DNA of 64,000 nucleotides from Podarcis tiliguerta (Eukaryota), in assembly GCA_965153285.1 (NCBI GenBank), contig OZ229114.1. One strand, 5' to 3'. The first letter of the stretch is position 1. The number at the start of each line of letters is the position of its first letter. This document shows, in pieces, positions 13,211-23,838 of the stretch. A program made the translations under genes and the position numbers. A model generated the notes under the pieces. The model saw nothing but the letters and a program-made list of their open reading frames with translations. It was not told where the DNA came from and searched no databases.

Positions 13211-16184
13211 AAATGTGAACTGCATTGATGGCTCCAGACCTGTAAACTGATTGTGGGAGAGCTTTTGCAAGCTGAGCTTTGGTTCTAGTTTTAGTGGAGC
13301 CCCACCCCAGGGTCAGTCAGTCTGGCAGAAAAATCATGCCAGTTTCATGGTTTTGCGGTTGAAGGTTGTTATCTTAAGCCCACTTGGTCCTGAACTGGCC
13401 ATTTGAAGACAGATAACTTCACTGGAGGGAAGGGCACACTACAATGCACATTACTGAGAAATCTTATCCTGTTAATATTTGTCTGAGAACAGACAGCATT
13501 GTTCTCTTGGCCTGTGTTTGCTAAGGCTTGATGCCCATGTGGGCAAACAGAAGCATGCAAAGAACTTGAATACTTTTAGTATGTATTGATCTGCTTTGAA
13601 TCCCCGATACACCACATTGTGTCTTGCTTCCGGAAGCTTATTGTCCTCCCACTCTCATCTAGCTTAGCATTCAAGGTGAATGTGCTAGAAAGAGTTGGGA
13701 GGAGAAATATTAAGGATAGTGGAACAATATCTTTATTGTCTTTTTTAAAATCCCTCGAAACAATTTGTGAACTGCTTTCTCTTTTACTTTTGCATACATT
13801 TTAGTAAAGAGAGCTTCCATCAATCATACATACTTTAGCACAGTGCCACCGTGGGTTTTATTTTCGTATCCTGAATTTTGGATTTGGATGAGTCATTTAT
13901 GTGGCAGATTATTGTGCCCTCATAGGTCCGTTAATCCCCTCACCACTTGTGGCAAATGGGTTTTGCTCTTGGTTTTGGTTGCAACAGGGTGTGTTCCTCC
14001 ACATAAGAATATGATGTGGGGGGATGGGGATGTTTGTTCAGTTTAGACAGCTGTAATGCACTTTACTTCTTCACCCTGTCATTATTTTATTTTATTTATT
14101 TCTAAGCTAATGTTTAACGAGGCTGCACCTAGTTGTTTTATAATAAGTAGCCTTAGGAATTCATTATGTAAAAGCTTTTGGCAGTGGTTTTATAGATGAG
14201 CCCATCTGTTTGCAGGTGGAGGCGAAGTCTGGCTTTCTGTCCAGACTGGTGAGGAGCCATTGTTGCTGGAACTAGAATGACAGTGGTGACAGCCAAGGGC
14301 TGCTCTCTTTACTTTTGAGGACTTACTGCATTGAAAACCTGCTAAAACATTGCAGAAGCTTTACTTCTCCTCCCTTTGGGCTGCCACAAACTTTTACTTT
14401 GTGGCAATGCTGACTGTGTGTGCTTAAATCACATCTCTGTGGTATATTTAAGCAGTGGAGAAATTTCATGCTCTGTCCTAACATTTGACCAAGTATTTCA
14501 CAACTTGACACATGGAGCTGTAGGCAGTCCACCAGTGGTGTGGTATGTGGCCTCACTGCTCTATGACCACCCTATCTCCTGGTTTTGTTATTTGTAAACA
14601 GATATAATAAAAGGAATTTTATTGGGTCTCTGATAGGCTTCCTTATACGGCTGGTGGTACACCTTCACACATGACATTTTACCTGCATGGAAGAATGTGT
14701 GTGAGCTGTCATGGGTGATGTACAGCACACTTGACATTTTCCTGCAAATACACAGCTCAGGCAGCTGATGCGTGCAAGGGAGCCAGCTTGGAGGGAGGGC
14801 AAGACATGCACAAACAAGAGAAGGAATTCTTATTTCTTTGGTGCATGGTATTCTCTTCTCACCTTTTTTCGAAGGAGGTTGGGAGGGGAGGGAGATCAGA
14901 GTAGGTTCTGCTAAGACTTCAAGGAAGAAAGATTTAAATCGTGCTGCCTTGGGAAGAAGATTGAGATTAAGACTGGGATCCACCAGGGAAGGAAAAAAGG
15001 ATGTTAAAACTGGACTTTGCTAGGGAAAGCAAAATCTTCCCAGCTCATCCTAACTCTTCCCACCTGACTTGTCTTCATGGAAACTGGTTGGGAAATGAGA
15101 TTTGAGACTGGACTGTGTGGGTGGCCTTCCTGTCATTCTTCCTGGATGATTTCAGAAACCTGGGTGCCAGATGCCAGTAATAAATTTAAAGAGGGCAGTA
15201 GCAACTTAGTTTTTGCAACCTTGTGGAAGGCATGTCTGTGTGTATGCTGCAAGGGTGTTTTCTAGCCAGGCTGGCTATAGACCTTCCTCCCACCAGCTGC
15301 AGCTTATGATACATTGCACAGCATGCAGCAGAGCAGACTGCCAAAGGCAGTTATTCATATCCATCTAACTGGAAAACCCACACACAAAACAAGTAGAGCA
15401 AGTATTCCCATGTCAAATTTGGAAGATTGATCAAAATGTAGCCTAACAATTCTTTACCTAGTTGTCTCACAGGGTCAACTTGACACATATGAAAGTGTAG
15501 GATGAGACATTGTATTCTGGGGCTATGTAGCAAAAGTGATCATTGTCTGAATAATTAAAGAACAACACTAGTTCCATAAGGCAGAGGAAACAAATTTTGG
15601 GGTTTTGTTTTTTTAAAGGTTGCTTGTATTTTTTCCCACATTTTGGCAACAATGAAGAGACTTTCCCTCCGTTTTGTATGAAATATTTTGCACAAATGGG
15701 GATGATTCATCCAGCAGTAGACAAATATGTCCCTCCATTACAGTGGTCTTGACAGCATCCTAGCCTATAAACATTTTTATTGTGTCTACCTGGCTTCAAG
15801 AGACTTTATGTTCCTATCTTTATCTTAAACTTGCCATTAATTAATCAATCATCCTGGCCCAGGTTTCCTGGGTTCATGTTATTTATGTAATTTTATCCCC
15901 CCCTTATTTTAATGTGGAAAAATCTGTTCTTTAGTTGTGCGCTGAAAAGCATGACTTTATTTTATCAGCTCAGTAGTAGTATTTGAGCAGTCTAGTTTGG
16001 CTTTCCAGGTTTGGGGGCATATGTTTCCGGTAGTGCAAAGAAGGTGGAAACTATGTCTATGAAAGTATTTTTCCATACTCTTGAAAGGAAATGGAAGGCT
16101 GCAATCCAATGCACATTAACCTAGGAGTAATACCTATTAATGTTATACATTTATTTAAAAGAGTTTGAAGAGAATCCTTTAGGT

Positions 16185-16322
16185 CAAGATTGAGGAATCT
16201 GTGTCCCTACAGATACAGTTTGATTCCAAACTCCAACCAGGCCCAGACAGTAGGACCAATGGTGAGCAATGATGGGAGATATGGTCAATTAAAATCTAGA
16301 GGCTCACTGGTCCCCATCCTTC
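16185..16322. mobile_element. Degenerate hAT-type palindromic MITE
   Basis: Reads GAGGAATCTGTGTCCCTACAGAT...GATGGGAGAT...ATCTAGAGGCTCACTGGTCCCCATCC. Same architecture as the 20914 copy. Confidence 0.5.
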
Positions 16323-16589
16323 CTCTGTAGTCTAGCCTGTCTTTACTACTGAGCAATGTTATGACTCTTTTTCTCAGAAAACACCACTAAATGCTTTTTC
16401 AGAAGAGAAACCCTGTGTTTCTTCAGGAAAGAGTGGCATTAGAAATATTTTTATCCTTTACCTCTTTCTTTAAAAAAAAGAAAAGAAAACCAGCAGGTAC
16501 CTAGTGTCTCACTAAAGACATCTTGAAAGCTAGGTTTTTATGATTTTAATGTACTTATATAAAATTTCTGTCCTGTCCTACCTCAAGGT

Positions 16590-16736
16590 CTTAACTTCAC
16601 AACAGCTCTATGAGGTAAGTTAGACTGAGAGATAGAGAGCTACTGTTCCAGTTAGTCCCTGAGTTTCCTGATTGAGAAGACTTGGGATCTGGGTCTTGTT
16701 CATAAGTCCAGGACCATAATCATTATATCACACTGG
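16590..16736 (-). mobile_element. MIR/CORE-type SINE fragment
   Basis: CTTCACAACAGCTCTATGAGGTAAGTTAGACTGAGAGA...GGGATCTGGGTCT...ATCATTATATCACACTGG fits an antisense CORE SINE. Confidence 0.6.
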
Positions 16737-17310
16737 TTTGGTATTCAGTTTGGCTAATGTAATATATCCTGAAGCAATTTCTGCGTTTGTGAGACATTTG
16801 TGGGTACACTTCTCATGCTACATTTTGCGGGTTTGAGTTTGGTTTTGGAATTATTCTGGTGGATGTATGTTTAAATGAAAATATTTTATTAATGCATCAC
16901 CTGTGTTAATGATTTGCCCCGTCCAGGGTGCCTTTTTGCAGTAATCTGGGATGCAGCTCACACAGGTTTCCATTTGAACTTTTCCCCAAAATGCCCTGTG
17001 GATGCAGACCAATTTTACTGGAAGCGTTTTAGAGTTGTGGCACCTAGGAAAAATTATATAGCATAAAGGAGTGACAGGGTGTTTTACTCAGAATGAGGGA
17101 AAGGATATATTTCTTTAATGCCACCAAATATTTAAATAGATGGATGACATGCAGCTGTTTGTCAATAAGTTCCTTTGAGAACCGTCTGCTGAAAAGACGG
17201 GACATTTCTGTGTCAACAGAGCTGAAGTTGTTTCTGCAAGTGTTGTTGATGATTGAAAATGAAGAATTGTAAGCACAATTCATCTTAGCGAACACAGGGT
17301 GTGAGTAATG

Positions 17311-17602
17311 NNNNNNNNNNNNNNNNNNNNNNNNNNNNNNNNNNNNNNNNNNNNNNNNNNNNNNNNNNNNNNNNNNNNNNNNNNNNNNNNNNNNNNNNNN
17401 NNNNNNNNNNNNNNNNNNNNNNNNNNNNNNNNNNNNNNNNNNNNNNNNNNNNNNNNNNNNNNNNNNNNNNNNNNNNNNNNNNNNNNNNNNNNNNNNNNNN
17501 NNNNNNNNNNNNNNNNNNNNNNNNNNNNNNNNNNNNNNNNNNNNNNNNNNNNNNNNNNNNNNNNNNNNNNNNNNNNNNNNNNNNNNNNNNNNNNNNNNNN
17601 NN
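17311..17602. other. Assembly gap (292 N)
   Basis: Run of N. Confidence 1.
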
Positions 17603-20364
17603 GTCAAAGGAGGAAACAACATAGGAAAGAGATGCTCTATAAGCTTCAACAGAGTGGCAGGCGAGTGCTGTGCCGTTTCAGTGCCTAATACTAATGACTC
17701 TGGAAAGCTGAAATGACAAAAAGATGTACTAACAGCTATTCTGAGAGCACTACTGTGTAAATGAACCAACTGGAGAAACATGGAGGAGAACTGGTTTGTG
17801 GTTATTGGTAGGATGTGGGTTCTTATTTTTGCTTGAAACTATTGATTTTCAAATGAAGAAGGAAATATTAATTTATTGTTACAATCTATGCTTACCATAA
17901 TGCAGTAGATTATGTCAGCCTTTTTTTTTAAAAAAAAAGAAGAGCTAGACATGTCGAGAGATCTATCAGTTGGAGAAGACAAACAGAATTCTGAAACAAT
18001 TCACCATTGTGTTGAATTCTCGTTTTTAGGTAACATGAACATTATTCCTTTCATCACCATAATAAGCACTAAGTTGATGGACTTAAAGATTGCATCCTCA
18101 TTCTTCCCATTAGTAGTGGGGTGGGTGGGTTGGTTGTAAGCTGTGTTTCACAATAGCAGTCCTGCAGGCTCAGTGTTTGCCAAGCCCTGAAAGCAAGATG
18201 GTTCTCTGACCTGTAAAGGATGTACTCTAGGCTAGTAAGCATTTTTTGTGATGTGCTTATCTTAGCCTGACCTCATTGTCTAGTAAGATACTGAGTGAAG
18301 GTCCCAAAAAACTCGTGTGGACTGTATTTATTTGTCTCAGTTATCTTTGTTAGCCAGTTGAAAGATATGTTGATTTTTCTCTCCAAGGTTTTATAAGCAC
18401 AAAAACCAACTGTGAACAGTTAAACTGTGTTGTTACAGTAGTATTAATGTCCTTTACAGCATGTTCCCCTTACTACTGCCTCACTTTCCCCCAAAGCATT
18501 TGTCACCTTCAGTTTAGGTAGCATGCCTAGCATTTCATAGGGTTTTCGTATATGGTTCTTTACTAGGCCCAAACTGAAGCAGTTTTTGCAAATCTTTCAA
18601 AGATTTATTATGCAACATTCTCCTTTGTTTCCAAACAAGCCAAGCTTTTCTTGTTTCTTTATTTCCCTTTGTTTGTCATAGTGAGTTTCTTTTAATTAAA
18701 AGCATGAATAATCTAGTATGGTTTCATTTGCATTTGTGATTGAGGTCTTGTTCACACTTTGTGAATTACTCCTGGGGTCTCCACTCAGGGTTTGCCATTC
18801 AGTCTTAACCTGCAGTGTGAGCGGAGGGCAATTGACACTGAAGACTTCTGATTTTGAATGATGTTATCAGACATGGAGTGGCATTGTTTTTATTTCCATG
18901 TTCATGTTGTACTTATAAAGGATTGTTGACACTTATCAGTTGTGGCTGAACAATATTTCAATCATCGTGCAATTTACATGTCAAGGCCCTTTTTACCTGG
19001 CAAGAAATATATTTTAAAAATTAATTGTAACATAACACAGCAACAATAGCCTGCTATGAGGCTAAGTCAACCTATCAATTGATTCTTCTGCTATAGAGCA
19101 CCACCTTTCAGAAGCTTAATCTTTTGCCATTTGAACTCTGAAAAGCTGATCCTTTTTTTTAAAAAAAATGCAGCAACTTGGAACTAAAAGTATTGTGCAA
19201 AACACTTCTGGGTTTATTTAGCATCACAGACAACAAATCTATTCTCCATTCAAGTAAAGACTTGTAATGAATCCCCATGTTACCTTATATAATATTTTTG
19301 TATCAAGGGTTGTGCGTACATAGCAATTGCACCACAGAAGCACAGAGCTCGGGGCTGACTGAACATACGCTTCAGCCTGCAAATCATGTTGTGTTGTTAT
19401 CCCAGGCATTTTTACTCAGAATTGAGTCACGCTGATGAGTTGCTGTCTAGTGAGGGCACTCGGGATTATAGTTGTAGCATCTAAAACATTTTTCCCCGTG
19501 TCCATTTGCTCCAGGTCTTAGCAACCTTCTTTTGAGTGCTGATGCAGCAGTACCCACAAGCTAACGTAGCACAATCATTAGATTTTGGTTGCATCTATAA
19601 GCACTGGATAAAAGTTGTGAGTTTTTCCTCTTGCAGCGGTTGGAAACCTGCTGCCTAGTCAACCATAGACACTCTGATGTTTGGCAACATAAATTGCCAC
19701 TATTTCTGTCTCCAGACCACCAGCCCTCTGACTTCTCAGTGGGACTTTTAGCTAACTGTTTACCTTCATACTCCAATTACTCTGGTTTCCAAATATGTAT
19801 AAATCTACAGCTTTGGGGAATAACCAAAGTCAGAATTGATGATGGAAACTTGGGTTGCTCAAAATATTGATTTAAAACAAGGATTTGAACTGGTTTATCT
19901 TTTAAAGGATTCTAGAAATGTGTTGTTTAGACTCTTTTAAAAATGCCCTCCTAAAAGTAAATGGCACTTCAGCCCATAACCCATTTGAAGGTTTACTAAC
20001 CCTCAGTCTGTTGACAATACAGTCTATTTATGTTGTCATTTTTCCTCAAGAGCTACAAACACAATTATTATTTAAGAATCTGCAAGTGAGTCAAATTAGT
20101 GGTATTGCTTTTCAGCAAACCACATGCAAAATGTATATGGTTTTGATTTCTGCTTTAGTGGTTCACTTATCATTCTCATTTACAGAGTGGCTTTTTATCT
20201 CTGTGTTTTGTGCTCTTTCAAAGCTAGTTTTCACTGAAGTTCATCACTCGTGGTTTTTACTTGCAACACACCTACAGAGTATATCTAAGACTATGTTTTA
20301 ATATGTCTTACATACATATTTTAGATTAGCTGTAACATTATAATTTTCTTATTCTCTTTCATGG

Positions 20365-20472
20365 GCCCTCCTAGTGAGGTTGGACTCCAATTCCCAGCCC
20401 CAATGGCCCAAAGTCATGGATTATGGGAGTTGTAGTTCAGTAACACCTGGACAGCCAAGCTTCACGATCCCC
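20365..20472. mobile_element. Degenerate hAT-type palindromic MITE
   Basis: Inverted arms GGACTCCAATTCCCA / TGGGAGTTGTAGTTC. Confidence 0.55.
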
Positions 20473-20913
20473 ATTTGATTTGTTCATTTAGCTCTTCATC
20501 AACAGCATGTGAAAGCTGTTGCAAGTGAAGCTGTTGTGCAGAAATGACTACCTCAATCTATTATGACAACATTTGCAATAATATGCATAGTTACAAACAC
20601 TTTAAAATTATGAATTGTTTGGACCCAGTCCACACACCTAGGGAAAATTGTTTCTTTCTGATGTTGCATGCGGCATGATTTTGCACCCCTTTGGTTTCAG
20701 TGACAAAATTTTTAATTGGTATGAATTGAGGCTTTAGTCTCAGTGTCAACAGATGTAATATATCCAGCAATTCCAGCTAGCCCTTACAACAAGGTGGAGA
20801 AACTGAAAATCTTCCTATTGCCCTGCCTAAAGTGTTAAATTATGTTAATAGGTACCATAGCATTTAGGAGTTCATCTTGCATTGATGTGGCCTGGTGTGT
20901 GCATCACATAAAC

Positions 20914-21028
20914 CAGGCATGGCCAAACTTGGCCCTCCAGATGTTTTGGGACCGCAACTCCCATCATCCCTAGCGAACAGGACCAGTGGACAGGGATGAT
21001 GGGAATTGTAGTCCCAAAACATCTGGAG
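20914..21028. mobile_element. hAT-type palindromic MITE, right end truncated
   Basis: Starts CAGGCATGGCCAAACTTGG. Near-perfect arms CTCCAGATGTTTTGGGACCGCAACTCCCATCATCCCT / AGGGATGATGGGAATTGTAGTCCCAAAACATCTGGAG, flanked by ...TAAAC on both sides. Confidence 0.8.
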
Positions 21029-21984
21029 ATTAAACCATAGTGCTTTTTATTACCAAGAACTATGGTTTAATGCGAACACACAGTGTGCTGGTGCACCTGC
21101 TGAAAAGTTATTGCTCCACTTCTGCCCTGTTCATGGTACTGCTGCTCTGATGGAAAACATAGCGTGTTGTGATGGCCAAGCCTGGACTCATGGTTGGTAC
21201 CTGGATTATAGTTCATGATTTGCTTGGGGGAAGTTTCTCAGACCACCACGAGTGTAGAGGCTGGAGCCTGAGTCAATGATGTAGATTGAGCTGGAGCATA
21301 CATGACACCCATGGAGAGCTAATAGCAATGTAAAGAACAAAATGAGACCGAGGAATTTATATAGTGTTTGTCTCTACCTGGTCTTCTCTTGGGTCATTGC
21401 TTGCAGCTGGGTGTTCTGCTTCCTCCCAAACAGACCCTTCAAAGCAGATGCTTCCTCCCAAATTAGATCCCTGCTGGTAGAACTGTCTAGCAGCTAAAGG
21501 GGCATCCCTTCTGCGACTATGGCATTTCTGTCTAGTCTGCTGCCACCTATACTCACACAACTCAAGGGATAATGGGGAAGAATAAGGAATCAAGACAGTG
21601 CTTGGGATGGGGTCACTGGGTGACTCAGGCAAGGCATTGTTGAAATGAGTCTCTTCAGACTGCCTTTAAGACTGGAATGTTGTCCTACATGGGTCTCCAG
21701 CCACTTCTCCCAAAGAGAGCTCTTGCATCTAAATAAAAATGCTTAGGATTGCTTTGCACACGTATTTTAGAAATGTGATGGTAGAATTCATAGTTCCATG
21801 CCCATTATCTCCCCCCCCCCATCCTGCTATTTAAGTCAACCCTTTTCCTCTTTGCCTCCCTAGGGAGAATGTCATGCTAGAAAGGCATTATTTCAACTAT
21901 GTCTCTTTAATTTCTTCAGATCCCAGCACCATTGTTGTTTTAATTAAACCTAAAGCTATAAAAGTGCTGATGAGCTTTGCTAGA

Positions 21985-22230
21985 CACTAATCATGTTTAC
22001 TCTTTGCTGTTCAGCCGCCATATGCAACAGTAAAAATCATCCTCTTAAATCATCTCTACTTGTGTATTTTTGCTCTTAATCGCGAGCCCTCTCTCTCTCT
22101 CTCTAAAACATTTGCCCTTCATGCATTTTATAGCGTTATTCAGCGTTTTGGTTCTTTAAAAAGTTTTAGATAATTTCTTTTTCCATGAAATGAAAGCAGC
22201 ATCTAATCTAATTCTCCCTCCCCCTTCAAA
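21985..22230. promoter_or_regulatory. Candidate conserved non-coding element
   Basis: Largely repeat-free and AT-rich with retained CpGs. Contains forkhead TGTTTAC and YY1-like CCGCCAT. Conservation is not tested. Confidence 0.25.
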
Positions 22231-23357
22231 TAATAGTCAGCTTATGCTTTTGGTATTGGCTGGTGTGTTCCATGTGGCCAATATTTGGTTAACAAGAGCT
22301 GGGAGGGAAAAGGGCATAACATATGACCTAATTTATCTTCCTGGGGTGCTGGGACAAAAGGTTCCAGAGGGGAAGGATCTTGGAATTCTCCAGCTCATTG
22401 ATAGGCATGAAATTAGTGGCAGTCAGATGAGGAATCTGTTGCCAGTTGCGCTATTTTGTTCCATGTCAGCTTCTTTTATGTACAAGAAATTCCTGTCACG
22501 GAAGACTTTATTTCCATTTTACAGCCTTCAGCCTACTTGTTAGAATGTTAGACTTTGGCCTTTCAGGGCTAGAAGGTTTCCTTCATTAACTGCAGGAGCA
22601 TGTTTTTATAGGCTCAATAAACATCTGAAAATTATCTGTCCCAATTAATAAGTATGTGATACCCATCCCACTTGTCTGGTTTGCTTATAGAAGTTGATTA
22701 AAATAATACTGCCATGCCATTATTGCCGAGAAATCTTGTGCTCTTTTTATATACAACCAAGTTATGAGTTTTCAAAGCCATCTGTATGAAAAGATACGCA
22801 AAACACTTTGCACTGTTATCGCTTCATCTGCTTGTCTTTCGTTTTCACATTCTGCACACTTATTGCAAGTCCTTCGGACTGCTCCATTTTAACAAATAAA
22901 TAAAGGAAATCCCCCCCCCCCCCGATGATTGAATTTCACATTTGGGCCTAGGCCAGTTTCCGAGCTTTGGTTTAGAATGTTAAAGTATTTTATTACTATT
23001 GAGTAGTTAGAAATTCTACACTTCTCCCATGTGGAAGGCCACAGTTCTTTGCCCTCCTGAAAGAAGAAACTGGATGTGTTAGTGCCAGTGGGTGGCTTGA
23101 GAAGTGCAATTCAGGCCCTTGTGTCAGTTATCAGCAGAAGTGGATTGCACCTAAGTGTGCCTGGAGGAGTAGACTAAGCAGTGAGGAAGGTTTGCAGCTC
23201 AGTTGCAGAGCCTATGCTTTGCATGCAGAAGGTCCCTGATTCTTCTCAAGCACCTACATGTAGGGCTGGGAGAGAACTTTGTCTTGAAACCTTGGAGAGC
23301 TGCTGCCAGTCAGTTCAGATAATGCTGACCTAGATGAAGGGAAGCTTGCCTGTATAG

Positions 23358-23738
23358 GGAGGTTTTTTAAGGTTTAATGTTTTATTATGTTTTTATATAC
23401 CGTATTTTTCACTCTATAAGACGCACCAGACCACAAGACGCACCTAGTTTTTGGAGGAGGAAAACAAGGGGGGGGGGGAAATATTCTGAATCTCAGGAGC
23501 CAGAGCAGCAAGAGGGATCGCTGCGCAGTGAAAGCAGCAATCCCTCTTGCTGTTCTGGCTTCTGGGATAGCTGTGCAGCTTGCATTCGCTCCATAAGACG
23601 CACACACATTTCCCCTTACTTTTTAGGAGGGAAAAAGTGAGTCTTATAGAGCAAAAAATACGGTATGTTGGAAGCTGCCCAAAGTGGCTGGGGCAACCCA
23701 GTCAGATGAACGGGGTACATGTGTATTATTATTGTTTT

Positions 23739-23778
<40 letters not shown>

Positions 23779-23780
23779 TT
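23358..23780 (+). mobile_element. 5'-truncated L2-type LINE 3' end with (TATT)n tail, split by a MITE
   Basis: Reads GTTTTATTATGTTTTTATA|TATGTTGGAAGCTGCCCAAAGTGGCTGGGGCAACCCAGTCAGATG...GGGGTA, followed by (TATT)10 at 23741-23780. This is a typical lizard L2 terminus (from recall). Confidence 0.65.
23400..23663. mobile_element. Tc1/mariner (Tc2-type, CCGTA-ended) MITE, 264 bp
   Basis: TA TSD (23398-99 / 23664-65). TIRs are CCGTATTTTTCACTCTATAAGAC / GTCTTATAGAGCAAAAAATACGG. Internal 31-bp hairpin at 23494-23564. Confidence 0.92.
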
Positions 23781-23838
23781 AACTTCCTATGTTCCTATAC
23801 AAAATAACATTACAGTGGTACCTCAGGTTAAGTACTTA

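Larger units (their letters stand above)
23186..23797 (+). mobile_element. Squam3-like SINE interrupted by an L2 3' end and a MITE
   Basis: Head and body span 23186-23338 (GCTCAGTTGCAGAGC...TGCATGCAGAAGGTCCC...GGAGAGCTGCTGCCAGTCAG...CTAGATG). The terminal CTTCCTATGTTCCTA reappears at 23783-23797, matching the end of the intact copy at 31240 (CTTCCTGTGTTCCTA). Confidence 0.65.

Noticed and set aside
17044-17781. ORFs of 245, 126 and 107 aa
   Set aside because: They are artefacts of reading through the N gap.
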